From: an uncultured Spartobacteria bacterium
GTDB taxonomy: Bacteria; Verrucomicrobiota; Verrucomicrobiia; Chthoniobacterales; Chthoniobacteraceae
Direction: 5' to 3'
NCBI GenBank assembly: GCA_903901425.1
Contig: CAIURC010000078.1
Location: 29,828 to 93,827, forward strand
DNA length: 64,000 nt
Shown: piece by piece, positions 25,283 to 34,642 of the stretch
Layout of the letters: each line of letters starts with the position of its first letter
Position numbering within the stretch: the stretch's first letter is position 1
The notes under the pieces: generated by a model
Told to the model about the DNA's origin: nothing
The model's database searches: none
What the model saw: the letters and a program-made list of their open reading frames with translations, nothing else
Made by a program: the position numbers and the translations under genes

Positions 25283-27810
25283 ATCTCGCCAAGACCACGC
25301 GGCTGCTGGCCGGGATTCTGGGGCGCCGGATCCTGAACCGGGTGTTTGCGGTGCTGCCGGGCGGACGCCGGAAAGCTGGGGAACGGACTGGGACCGCCCG
25401 GAAACGGGTTGGGGGCCTATTGGTGACCGTGGGTGTGGCATTGATTTTTGCGTTCAACAGTTTCCTGCAGGGGTACACCCTGCTGCAGGCGGTGGCGGTT
25501 GCGCATGGACCGCTCTTGGACGGCGCAGGCCGGATGGTGGTTTCCAAGGGCACCCTTCAAATCCTCGCCTCGATTCGCCAGCTTTCCGAGGGGTCACGCC
25601 GGGAAAATCTGCGCAACGTGCTGATGACTGACGGGCTGCTGATGTCGCCGGGAGCCCGGGACATTCAGGATCTCTGGGCCGACAAGTTGCAGGCCCAGCA
25701 CCGGGCGCACGGAGCCGCCGGATTTCAGACGGTGGAGAGGTCGTTGTTGCGGCCTTTCCCAATGGTGGGTGCCTGGTCAAATCCCGAGGGCCGCCGGGGG
25801 ATGATCGGTGCCGGAGCGCTGCTGCTTGGGATGCTGGCGGTGACCCGTTTTTTTCTGGCGCTGAGCGCTGCCCGGCAGGATCTCGGCCGCGTGGAATGGA
25901 CTACGGAATGGCTTTTCACGTTCCCGGTGCCGGCTTCGCACTTGTTTGCGGCGCAGATCCTGGGACTGGCGCTAGTGGACTTCTTTTCGTGGATCGCGGT
26001 GTTTCCGGTGCTGTGGGTGTATTTTTATGGGGCCGGTCTTGGGTGGTGGAGTCTTGGAGCGGCGTTGGTGGGGATGGTGGGGTTTGGCCTGGCTTCGGCC
26101 GGGTTGCAGGTGGGGGTGGAGACGTTCCTCAGGAAACGGCTTTCGTTGTCGGGGTTGAAAAACGTCCAGGCGCTGGCGACGCTTGTGGCTTCGGTTTCCT
26201 TTCTGGGTCTCTACTTTTTCGGACGCAGCCCGGCGGCAGCGGACCGTCTTCTGGCTGTGGCGCGGAGTTTGCCGCCTTTAGCGCTCTGGAACCCCCTGAG
26301 CTGCGCGGCACTGGGCGCAGAGGGCTGGATTGAGTTGGCGGCCGCCGTGGGTGCGGGAACTGCCACGGCGTGGGTAGGGGTGATGGTTTGTACGCGGCTG
26401 GTCCGGCACGGGCTCCTGGATACGCGGGGCGGCGCGTTTGCGGGCCGGCGGACGCCAGTCGCCGGAGCGGGCTGGGGGGTGGACCGGTGGTTTCCCGTGG
26501 GGATTGCGGGCAAGGAGCTGCGGCTCCTGTTCCGAGACCGGAGCCGGTTGGTGCAGGCGCTGGCGTTGCCTGTTCTGGGGTATGTGCAACTGGTGTGGAA
26601 CCAAGGTTTGATGGAGCATTTGAAGGGCGATTTCCGGGCTTGTGCCGCCTGCGCATTTGGGATGGGGGCGATGGTTCTGGTGCCCACCTGCCTCACGGTG
26701 CTCGCAAACGACAGCCGCGCCCTGTGGTTTCTCAACGCGCTGCCGGTGTCGATTCACGGGGTGCTGCTGCGCAAAACGCGGTTCTGGATGGTGCCGGCGC
26801 TGGCCTACGCGCTGGTGGTCCTGATTCTGGCCGGCCTCCAGATCCGGCACCTGCTTCCCACCGACTTTCTGACTGGGGCAATCGCGCTGGTGGGTGTGGG
26901 CATTTATGCCTACCTCGCTGCGGGCATCGGGATCCTGCGGACGGATCCCCTGGAAACCGAGCCGCAGCGGCGGGTGCCGCCGAGTGCGACCTACCTCTAC
27001 ATGCTGTTGATGGCGATGTACGGCTACTCGCTGTATGCGCCTTCCCTCTGGGCGCAGGTGGTGCAGCTGTTCCTTTCGGCGCTGCTGGCTGGCGCACTCT
27101 GGCAGAAAGCCCGTGAACGGATCCCCTATCTTCTGGACCCCGTGTCCGCCCCGCCGCCCCGCGTTTCCGCCGCTGACGGTCTGATTGCGGTCCTCGCATT
27201 TTTTGTGCTGCAGGGGCTTTTGTTTCTGGCTGGGATCCGGCTCAAACTTCCGGAGGGACCTGCGATTGTGGGGGCGTTCGGGGTGGCTGGGATTTTGGTG
27301 GCCGGTTTTTACCTCTGGGTGACGCGGGGATCGCCTGGCTACTTTGAACGGGCCGACGGACGTCCGCCGGTGGGCTGGCTGAAGGCGCTGGGAACAGGGA
27401 TTGCGGGGGGCGGGGTTGCAGCAGTCTGGGCCGGAGGATACTTGGTGGTTGCCCAGCAGATACCGTATCTGAAGGGGCTTCTGGAGGAGGTGCACGCGAT
27501 CCAGAGTGTGCACGGACTCTGGCTGGTGGTTCTGGCGGTGGTGGCGGCGCCTCTCGCCGAAGAGTTTCTGTTCCGCGGCCTTTTGTTCCGGGGTCTGCGC
27601 CGGGAGTATTCCGCGGGATGGGCGGTGTGTGGAAGTGCCCTGCTCTTTGCAATGATGCATCCGCCGGGCGGCGCCGTGGCGGTGTTTGGGATGGGGGTGG
27701 TTTCGGCGGTGGTTTTGGAAAAAACGGGCCGACTGTGGGCCTCGATGGTGGTCCATGGGATTTACAACGGATGCGCCGTCGCTGCCGTGTGGCTGGCCGG
27801 AAAAGGCTAG
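25279..27810 (+). CDS. 843-aa polytopic permease-like protein fused to a C-terminal CPBP/Abi intramembrane protease domain
   Basis: ATG at 25279 overlaps the ATPase stop (ATGA). Many hydrophobic spans. C-terminal 'PLAEEFLFRGLLFRGL', 'LLFAMMH' and 'VVHGIYNG' make a complete CPBP motif set. Confidence 0.75.
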   Translation: MNLAKTTRLLAGILGRRILNRVFAVLPGGRRKAGERTGTARKRVGGLLVTVGVALIFAFNSFLQGYTLLQAVAVAHGPLLDGAGRMVVSKGTLQILASIRQLSEGSRRENLRNVLMTDGLLMSPGARDIQDLWADKLQAQHRAHGAAGFQTVERSLLRPFPMVGAWSNPEGRRGMIGAGALLLGMLAVTRFFLALSAARQDLGRVEWTTEWLFTFPVPASHLFAAQILGLALVDFFSWIAVFPVLWVYFYGAGLGWWSLGAALVGMVGFGLASAGLQVGVETFLRKRLSLSGLKNVQALATLVASVSFLGLYFFGRSPAAADRLLAVARSLPPLALWNPLSCAALGAEGWIELAAAVGAGTATAWVGVMVCTRLVRHGLLDTRGGAFAGRRTPVAGAGWGVDRWFPVGIAGKELRLLFRDRSRLVQALALPVLGYVQLVWNQGLMEHLKGDFRACAACAFGMGAMVLVPTCLTVLANDSRALWFLNALPVSIHGVLLRKTRFWMVPALAYALVVLILAGLQIRHLLPTDFLTGAIALVGVGIYAYLAAGIGILRTDPLETEPQRRVPPSATYLYMLLMAMYGYSLYAPSLWAQVVQLFLSALLAGALWQKARERIPYLLDPVSAPPPRVSAADGLIAVLAFFVLQGLLFLAGIRLKLPEGPAIVGAFGVAGILVAGFYLWVTRGSPGYFERADGRPPVGWLKALGTGIAGGGVAAVWAGGYLVVAQQIPYLKGLLEEVHAIQSVHGLWLVVLAVVAAPLAEEFLFRGLLFRGLRREYSAGWAVCGSALLFAMMHPPGGAVAVFGMGVVSAVVLEKTGRLWASMVVHGIYNGCAVAAVWLAGKG

Positions 27811-27912
27811 CGGCCTTGAGAGGATGCGGGATGGATGCGGGAAAACGAAGACCTGCAGCCGGCCGAATGGATCCTTGCAATTTGGGAATCCAATTCCCAA
27901 ATGGCTACCCAT

Positions 27913-29109
27913 TCACCCGTCAGAATCGGCGTTCAGCGTGTCCAAAAAGGCCCCGTAGGCGTACAAATGCTTTGTTCCCTTCGTGGGCAACTCCCGAAGA
28001 ATACCCAGGCGAACCAGGTGCTTCGCCGCCGAGTGTAGGGTGGGAATCGATAGATGGAGGGAAGTTCTGGCTTCCCGAACGGAACCAACTGGGTGGGCTT
28101 GGAAATGCCGGTGAAGTTCCAGCGCGGAATGGGCGGCCCGGCCAATTCCCGCGATGCGATCCCGATCCGCCTGAAAGAGACCGTTGAGGCGGGTGGCCGT
28201 TTGAAAGGCCTGTTCTCCCGTCACGGCAACTCCCTCGAAAAAGAACAGCAGCCACGCCTCCCAGTCACCCTCATCCCGGACTTGGTTGAGCAGGTCGTAA
28301 TAGAGGTTCCGGTGCGTCTTGAAGAAAAGGCTCAGGTAAAGCAGCGGTTGGCGAAGAGTTCCTTCCGCACAAAGCAGCAGAGTAATCAGGAGGCGTCCAA
28401 CCCGCCCGTTGCCGTCGAGAAACGGGTGAATCGTCTCAAACTGAACGTGTGCCAAGGCCGCCTTGAGCAGAGGCGATGTCTTTTCGGGTTCATCGTGGAG
28501 GAATTTTTCCAACCGATCCAGGCAGGGCATGACTTCCTGTGGCGGCGGAGGCACAAACCGGGCATTCCCCGGGCGCGTTCCGCCGATCCAGTTCTGGCTG
28601 GTCCGGAATTCCCCCGGATTTTTTTGGCTGCCCCTGCTTTTGGATAGAAGGATCTCATGCAATTCGCAGATCAGGCGCAGGGAAATCGGGAATCCCTCCC
28701 GCAACCGTTTCATGCCATGCTCGAGCGCCGAGACGTAGTTGGAAACCTCCTGAACGTCGTCGAGTGGAACGCCCGGGGCCTCCTCGTTCTCGAACAAAAG
28801 CAGATCGGATAAAGAGGATTGGGTTCCTTCGATTTGCGAGGAAAGCACCGCTTCCTTCCGGACGTAGCTGTAAAGAAAGACGGAGGTTTCCGGCAGAATG
28901 GAAGCCATTCCGTCCAGACGCCCAAGCGCCGCATGGGCTGCCGCAAATTGGGACTGAAGCTCTGGCGACCATACAACCGAGGGGGCCGGAGGAAGTGGAC
29001 ACGGCACGAAGGCTCTCGCCCTCTCCCCGACTGTGGAGATGGTCAGATATTGGCCTTGGAGCCCTCGCTTCACGGCAAGGACGATGGGGCACAAGCCTGA
29101 ACGACGCAA
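27913..29109 (-). CDS. Fic family protein (class II, N-terminal inhibitory helix, C-terminal wHTH-like)
   Basis: 'HPFLDGNGRVGRLL' at 28393..28428 and 'SSQIEG' ([S/T]xxxE[G/N]) at 28825..28842. The track start is TTG; an in-frame GTG at 29073 ('MKRGLQGQYLTISTVGE') is an alternative. Confidence 0.85.
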   Translation of the reverse strand: MRRSGLCPIVLAVKRGLQGQYLTISTVGERARAFVPCPLPPAPSVVWSPELQSQFAAAHAALGRLDGMASILPETSVFLYSYVRKEAVLSSQIEGTQSSLSDLLLFENEEAPGVPLDDVQEVSNYVSALEHGMKRLREGFPISLRLICELHEILLSKSRGSQKNPGEFRTSQNWIGGTRPGNARFVPPPPQEVMPCLDRLEKFLHDEPEKTSPLLKAALAHVQFETIHPFLDGNGRVGRLLITLLLCAEGTLRQPLLYLSLFFKTHRNLYYDLLNQVRDEGDWEAWLLFFFEGVAVTGEQAFQTATRLNGLFQADRDRIAGIGRAAHSALELHRHFQAHPVGSVREARTSLHLSIPTLHSAAKHLVRLGILRELPTKGTKHLYAYGAFLDTLNADSDG

Positions 29110-29116
29110 GCCAGAG

Positions 29117-29144
29117 CGTTAAGCAAACATGTTTATCCTTAACG
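29117..29144. repeat. nested perfect inverted repeat cgttaag-c-aaacatgttt-atc-cttaacg (possible operator or leader hairpin of the Fic gene)
   Basis: Read directly. Lies 8-35 nt upstream of the longest Fic start. Confidence 0.6.
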
Positions 29145-29374
29145 ACGTGGTGGCTTTCGTTAAAGTTCGCTGGTGAAATTCGCCCTGGAAACGGGAGCTC
29201 CCGACGGCTGATGCCGAAGTTTTATCCCGCTTTATCCGGCGCCCCATAAATCATGGAAAAGGCATTTACGGGTCCGACACTGCCGGATCCGGTTCTTCCA
29301 AGAACCCCTGAAACTTTACACGCTCAAACCCTTGAAGGCCGGATGAGGTGGCGCCTAGGGAGGCCCGACCCAGG

Positions 29375-30172
29375 TCAGGGATTCTGAAGCAACTGAACGT
29401 GGGAAACCGTCACCGCTGTCCCCAGCAGAATCACCCGGTTGCCTTCCAATCGAAGCCGGACAGTCCCACCCCTTGCGCTGGCCTGGTATCCCGTGAACCG
29501 GGTGCCGCCGAGTTTTCCGGCCCAGTAAGGCCCGAGCGCGCAGTGGGCGGAACCTGTCACCGGATCCTCCGGGACACCGGCTGCCGGGGCAAAGAACCGG
29601 GAGACGAAATCGATCCCTGAACGTTCTGATCGGCTCGTGGCGATGATCCCGCGGGCGTTGATCCGGGCAAGGAGTTCCATGCGCGGCGTAAGGGAGCGGA
29701 CGGTAGCCTCGTCCCGGACCTCGGCCAGGTAATCCATCCCGTTCCGGCCGCAGCTCAGGATTTCGCATCCCAAGGCGTCCGCAAGGCCGGCTGGTGGAAT
29801 GCATGGGACACACGGTTTTGCAGGAAAATCCATGGCAACCCATTCGCCCTTCTGCTGGCAGGTCAGGAGACCGCTCCGGGTATGGAACCGGGCAGGCGCT
29901 TCCGGGCTGAGCACGCCGGTGGACCAGAGGAAATGGGCGCTGGCGAGCGTGGCGTGTCCGCAGAGATCGACCTCGGTGGCGGGGGTGAACCAGCGGAGCA
30001 AAAAGCCATCCGCATCGGGATGGAGAAACGCCGTTTCGGACAGGTTCATCTCACCGGCAACCTGTTGCATCCAGGAATCCGGGGCGGGACTCGGAAGGAG
30101 ACAGACGGCCGCTGGATTGCCGGTGAACGGCTCGGAAGCGAATGCGTCAATGACGTGGAGGAGAACTGGCAT
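29375..30172 (-). CDS. PhzF-family isomerase
   Basis: 'HVIDAFASEPFTGNPAAVCLL', 'NLSETAFL', 'FTPATEVDLCGHATLA'. Confidence 0.85.
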   Translation of the reverse strand: MPVLLHVIDAFASEPFTGNPAAVCLLPSPAPDSWMQQVAGEMNLSETAFLHPDADGFLLRWFTPATEVDLCGHATLASAHFLWSTGVLSPEAPARFHTRSGLLTCQQKGEWVAMDFPAKPCVPCIPPAGLADALGCEILSCGRNGMDYLAEVRDEATVRSLTPRMELLARINARGIIATSRSERSGIDFVSRFFAPAAGVPEDPVTGSAHCALGPYWAGKLGGTRFTGYQASARGGTVRLRLEGNRVILLGTAVTVSHVQLLQNP

Positions 30173-30192
30173 GAGGCGTGGGACCGGGGAGG

Positions 30193-31260
30193 TCAGGGGG
30201 TGGACACCGGGAGCCCCAGAGCGGCGAAGGTCTCCTGGAGATTGCGTTCGATGGTGAATCCGGAGGCGCGTTCGAGCCGGGCCGGGCGTGTGTCGGCCCG
30301 GAGCCCGGAGTCGGCCCAGAGGGTGTATGCCGCAGCCAGGGCGTTGGTAGCCGCCGGGTTATCCAGAACGCTCCCATGGACGCCTAGGGTGAGGAGTTCC
30401 GCCACGCCGTTGGCGGTGGTGGTGATCACCGGGAGTCCGGCGGCGAGCGCTTCCAGACAGGCATTCGAGAAAGGGTCGTACAGCGTCGGCAACACAAATG
30501 CGTCTGCGGCGGAGAGCAGGTCGGGAATGTCCGAACGCGGTCCAAGGAACTGGACGCGGTCACCGTTCGGCAGACCGCGCCGGGAGCCGCGTCCTGCCAC
30601 CAGGAGACGCGCATCCGGGGCCTGTTGGAGGGCGTGAATCGCAAACCTCAGCCCTTTTCGTTCCCAGCCGGAACCCACAAACAGCAGGACGAAGTCCTCG
30701 GGCCCGAGGCCTAGTCCGGCACGGGTGCTGGGGTTCGCAGTGCGCGGGGGCGCGGCGGGGAGGCCGTTGTAGACCACCCGGATGTGCTCGGCGGGAAACG
30801 GGTGCCGTGCCAAGATCTCGTCCCGGACCATGCCGGAATTCGCAATGACGCGGCGGGCGCCTCCAGAAAACAGGGCGTTCTCGAGCCGAACGAGCGACTG
30901 ATGCTTTTTGGAAAAGCCGCGGAACCACGGTTTCCACGGGGGTTCATGTGCGGCGCGGCGTTGGAGCCAGGAGGCGTGGAGGCCGTCTCCGGCGCGAAAT
31001 GCGTCGCATTCCCAGACGCGTTCAAAGCTCAGGAGGAAATCGCAGTGGTTCCGGGGCCGGATTTTCTGGAGGGCATCGGCAAAGCGCAGCGGGTCTGAGG
31101 CCGGGAGCCTGAGCAGTTCGCCGTTCCAGTCGGGCCAGTGGGTGTCACTGAACAGGACGGTGGAATGGCCGGCCTTGGAAACAGCCTCTGCAAATCGGCG
31201 GAGGAACGCCTCGGCGCCGCCGCTGGAGGAAAAGCCGCGCCGGACGAGGCCGATTCTCAT
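30193..31260 (-). CDS. glycosyltransferase family 4 (RfaG/WaaG-like)
   Basis: 'MRIGLVRRGFSSSGGAEAFLRRFAEAV' N-terminus and C-terminal 'VLPTLYDPFSNACLEALAAGLPVITT'. Confidence 0.8.
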   Translation of the reverse strand: MRIGLVRRGFSSSGGAEAFLRRFAEAVSKAGHSTVLFSDTHWPDWNGELLRLPASDPLRFADALQKIRPRNHCDFLLSFERVWECDAFRAGDGLHASWLQRRAAHEPPWKPWFRGFSKKHQSLVRLENALFSGGARRVIANSGMVRDEILARHPFPAEHIRVVYNGLPAAPPRTANPSTRAGLGLGPEDFVLLFVGSGWERKGLRFAIHALQQAPDARLLVAGRGSRRGLPNGDRVQFLGPRSDIPDLLSAADAFVLPTLYDPFSNACLEALAAGLPVITTTANGVAELLTLGVHGSVLDNPAATNALAAAYTLWADSGLRADTRPARLERASGFTIERNLQETFAALGLPVSTP

Positions 31261-31284
31261 GGGTGCGCCGGGCGGACGGCCAAG

Positions 31285-32019
31285 TTACTTGAGGGCGGCC
31301 CAGACGCGGTGGACGTCGTCGTGGTCCTCGACACGCTGGAGGAACTCGCCCACCTCGGCCCGTTGGGTGTCGGAGAGGGCGGGGAAATTCTTTGCGACGT
31401 AGCCGAGTTCGCTGGTGACGACGCTCCAGCCGTTCTGGGAGAGCCACTGGGTTGCGGCATGGAGATCGGGGCAGCCGGTGGTGAAGCGCGCGCCGGTGCG
31501 GTCGGCGGGAATATCGTCGTTTTCGGCGTGGGACAGGGGTTCGACGTTCTGGGCGCCGGCCTCGATGGCGGCTGCCTCGATGTCAGCGGCAGGATCGGCG
31601 TGGTGGGCTTCCACAATGCCAACGTGTTCAAAGAGGAACTTGTTGCTGCCGGGCGATCCGAGTTGTCCGCCGTCCTTGAAAATCACCCGGATTTCCGGGG
31701 CGGTGCGGTTGTTGTTGTCGGTGAGGACTTCGATGATCACGGGGACCTTGTGCGGGGTGTAGCCCTCGAACACGACGTGCTCCATCACCAGCTTTTCGGA
31801 GCCGATTCCCGCGCCTTTCTTGATTGCGCGTTCGATAACGTCCCGGGTCACGGAGGCTTTCCGGGCCTTTTCCACGGCGGCAAAAAGGCGGGCGTTGCCC
31901 TCGGGTTCAGGTCCGCCGAGTTTGGCGGCGACCATGATTTCCTTGACCAGTTTTCCGACGACCTGACCTTTTTTGAGGTTGGCGACTTCCCGTTTTGCTT
32001 GCAGCCATTGACGACCCAT
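31285..32019 (-). CDS. YebC/PmpR family DNA-binding transcriptional regulator
   Basis: Trimmed to the ATG at 32019. 'KREVANLKKGQVVGKLVKEIMVAAKLGGPEPEGNARL' and 'KASVTRDVIERAIKKG'. Confidence 0.85.
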   Translation of the reverse strand: MGRQWLQAKREVANLKKGQVVGKLVKEIMVAAKLGGPEPEGNARLFAAVEKARKASVTRDVIERAIKKGAGIGSEKLVMEHVVFEGYTPHKVPVIIEVLTDNNNRTAPEIRVIFKDGGQLGSPGSNKFLFEHVGIVEAHHADPAADIEAAAIEAGAQNVEPLSHAENDDIPADRTGARFTTGCPDLHAATQWLSQNGWSVVTSELGYVAKNFPALSDTQRAEVGEFLQRVEDHDDVHRVWAALK

Positions 32020-32238
32020 AAGGGGGTGGGGTGTAGCATGCCCGGCCCGGGCGTGCAAGGAGAGGCGGGCGACAGTTCCAGAACCGAGGACCTGCCCCGG
32101 GCAAAATCGGGGGCCCGCCTGCCGGAGGCGGCGATACCGGGGGCAGGGGGGAGAGGGGGGGCAGGGGAGGGGGCAGCCCCGGATTCCGCACCGGACCCCT
32201 TGCGCGGAAGTGCGCCTTGCCTACAATGCGCGCCCGCC

Positions 32239-34086
32239 ATGACTACGCAAACCGTCGAAAAACACTCTTTCCAGGCCGAGATCGCCCAGTTGCTGGAGAT
32301 CGTGATCCATTCGCTTTACACGGACAAAGAGATCTTTGTCCGGGAATTGATCTCCAACGCGGCCGATGCCACGGAGAAACTCAAGTTCCTCCAGACCTCA
32401 GGCCAGTCCATATGGCAGTCCGACCGCGAGTTAAAGATCGAGGTGAAAACCGATTCCGAAGCCAAGACCGTCACGATTGCGGACGCCGGCCTCGGCATGA
32501 CCCGCGAGGAACTCATGCAGAACCTGGGCACCATCGCCCATTCCGGTTCCAAGGCGTTCCTCAAACTTCTCGGGGAGAAAAAGGGCGACGCCCATCTCAT
32601 CGGCCAGTTCGGCGTCGGCTTTTACTCAGCCTTCATGGTGGCTGAAAAAGTCACTGTCCGCACCCGCTCCCATCAGGAATCCGAACCGGGCTGGGAATGG
32701 ACCAGCGACGGCCGGTCCGGGTACGAAATTGAGCCGTGCGAAGGGCTCGACCGCGGAACCACCATCGTCCTTCAACTCAAGGACCCCGATTTTGCCGAGG
32801 CCTGGCGGATCGAGGAAATCATCAAGCGGTACTCCAACTTCGTTCCGTTCCCGATCGAGCTGAATGGGAACGTCGTCAACACCGTCCAGGCGTTGTGGAC
32901 CAAAAACCGGAACGAAATCACCGAGGCCGAGTACGAGGAGTTCTACAAGTACACCGGGCACGACTCGAAGGCGCCCCACTACCGGCTCCATTTTGCGGCG
33001 GACGCGCCGTTGTCGATCCGTGCGCTGCTTTTTGTGCCGGAAAAGAACTCGGAACTGATGACGCTCAGCCGGGAGGAGAGCGAGGTGCATCTGTACTGCC
33101 GCCGGGTTTTAATCCAGTCCAAGCCCAAGGAACTTTTGCCGGAATGGCTCCGGTTCCTCCGGGGCGTCGTGGACAGCGAGGATCTGCCGCTGAACATCTC
33201 CCGCGAGACCATGCAGGACTCGGCTTTGATGCGGAAGCTGAACGAGGTTCTCACCAAGCGGGTCTTGAAATGGCTGGAGGAAGAGTCGAAGGCTGATCCT
33301 GAGAAATACGCGCGGTTCATCCAGGAACACGGGCACTGTCTCAAGGAGGGGGTTGCGACCGACTGGGGGCACCGCGAGGCCATTGCCAAGCTGCTCCGGT
33401 TCGAGAGTTCCTACACCGAGCCCGGCAAAACCACGTCGCTGGCCGAGTATGTGTCCCGGATGCCCGAAGGCCAGAAGGACATCTACTGGCTCCAGGCGCC
33501 GAGCCGGGAAAGCGCCGCCAGCAGCCCTTACTACGAGGTTTTTTCGGAACGGAAACAGGAAGTCCTTTTCCTGACGGACCCCCGGGACGAGTTCGTCATG
33601 GAGCATCTCCGCGAGTTTGACGGCAAAAAGGTGGTGGCAGCCGAGAAAGCGGAGGTGGGTCTGGATCGGGAAGTGGGCGGGCTGAGCGCGGACGAGGCCG
33701 AGTCCCTGGGTTCGTACCTCAAGGGGCTCCTCGGGGACCGCGTGGGTGCCGTGCGCGCCTCCAAACGGTTGGTGGAAAGCCCGGCGGTGGTGGTCGACAG
33801 CGATCCGCATCTGACCGCAAGCATGAAACGCATGCTCAAGGCCATGAACCGCGAAGGGGCCGGCGGATTCGATTCCAAGCCGGACCTCGAGTTCAACCCG
33901 GCCAACCCCATGATCGCCCGCCTTGAGAAACTCCGGCACAGGGACCCGGATCTGGCCGGACAGGTTGCCGAACAGATCTTCGACAACGCCCGCGTGGCTG
34001 CCGGTGTCCTTGAGGATCCCCGGGCCATGCTCAAACGGCTCAATCAACTCATGGAAAAACTGCTGGTCAAAGAATCCGGCGCATAG
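32239..34086 (+). CDS. htpG: molecular chaperone HtpG (Hsp90)
   Basis: ATG at 32239 inside track ORF 31138..34086. 'FQAEIAQLLEIVIHSLYTDKEIFVRELISNAADA', 'IGQFGVGFYSAFMV', 'DSEDLPLNISRE'. Confidence 0.95.
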   Translation: MTTQTVEKHSFQAEIAQLLEIVIHSLYTDKEIFVRELISNAADATEKLKFLQTSGQSIWQSDRELKIEVKTDSEAKTVTIADAGLGMTREELMQNLGTIAHSGSKAFLKLLGEKKGDAHLIGQFGVGFYSAFMVAEKVTVRTRSHQESEPGWEWTSDGRSGYEIEPCEGLDRGTTIVLQLKDPDFAEAWRIEEIIKRYSNFVPFPIELNGNVVNTVQALWTKNRNEITEAEYEEFYKYTGHDSKAPHYRLHFAADAPLSIRALLFVPEKNSELMTLSREESEVHLYCRRVLIQSKPKELLPEWLRFLRGVVDSEDLPLNISRETMQDSALMRKLNEVLTKRVLKWLEEESKADPEKYARFIQEHGHCLKEGVATDWGHREAIAKLLRFESSYTEPGKTTSLAEYVSRMPEGQKDIYWLQAPSRESAASSPYYEVFSERKQEVLFLTDPRDEFVMEHLREFDGKKVVAAEKAEVGLDREVGGLSADEAESLGSYLKGLLGDRVGAVRASKRLVESPAVVVDSDPHLTASMKRMLKAMNREGAGGFDSKPDLEFNPANPMIARLEKLRHRDPDLAGQVAEQIFDNARVAAGVLEDPRAMLKRLNQLMEKLLVKESGA

Positions 34087-34144
34087 AGGGTTATCTCTGT
34101 TCCGGGCCCCAAATACCGACCGGGACTATCCATCCAAATACATC

Positions 34145-34465
34145 ATGAAACTGAATCCCTTGTTTGTAATCGCCGCCGCCGCCGCCGCCCTGACCGGGTG
34201 CGAACAGAAACCTGCAGAAGCGCCTGCGGCTCCTGCGGCTCCTGCTGAGAAACCGGCTGCTCCGGCTGAGAAGCCCGCCGCTCCTGCTGCCCCCAAGGCT
34301 GAGAAGCCCGCTGAAGCCGCCCCGGCGCCAGCTCCGGCTGCAGCGCCCGCTGCGGAAAAACCCGCTGAAGCGCCCGCGGCCCCGGCCGCCGCTCCTGCGG
34401 CTCCTGCGGCTCCTGCCGAGAAGCCGGCTGAACCGGCTCCGGCTGCTCCTGCTGCTGGTCAGTAA
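34145..34465 (+). CDS. small Pro/Ala/Lys/Glu-repeat lipoprotein
   Basis: ATG at 34145 and signal peptide plus lipobox 'AALTGCE'. The rest is (AEKPA/APAAP)n low complexity. Followed by a terminator. Confidence 0.6.
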   Translation: MKLNPLFVIAAAAAALTGCEQKPAEAPAAPAAPAEKPAAPAEKPAAPAAPKAEKPAEAAPAPAPAAAPAAEKPAEAPAAPAAAPAAPAAPAEKPAEPAPAAPAAGQ

Positions 34466-34487
34466 GCGGTTTAGAGATTCTTTGGTG

Positions 34488-34530
34488 CCGGTCCCCGCGG
34501 AGCATCGTCTCTTGCGGGGACCGGTCTTTT
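34488..34530 (+). terminator. rho-independent terminator
   Basis: 11-bp perfect stem ccggtccccgc / gcggggaccgg, 15-nt loop, then 'tctttt'. Confidence 0.75.
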
Positions 34531-34642
34531 CCCGGGGGCACCCCGGGCACAGACAATTCCCAAGGGCTGGCCAGCCCTTCGATCTCTCGGGATCGGCCGC
34601 TCTTCCGCACCGTGGCCCGTTCAGCGGAAGAACGCAGCCCAT

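Noticed and set aside
31138-32238. N-terminal 367-aa extension of the htpG track ORF
   Set aside because: It overlaps the YebC-family gene on the other strand. The HtpG homology begins exactly at ATG 32239 ('MTTQTVEKHSFQAE').
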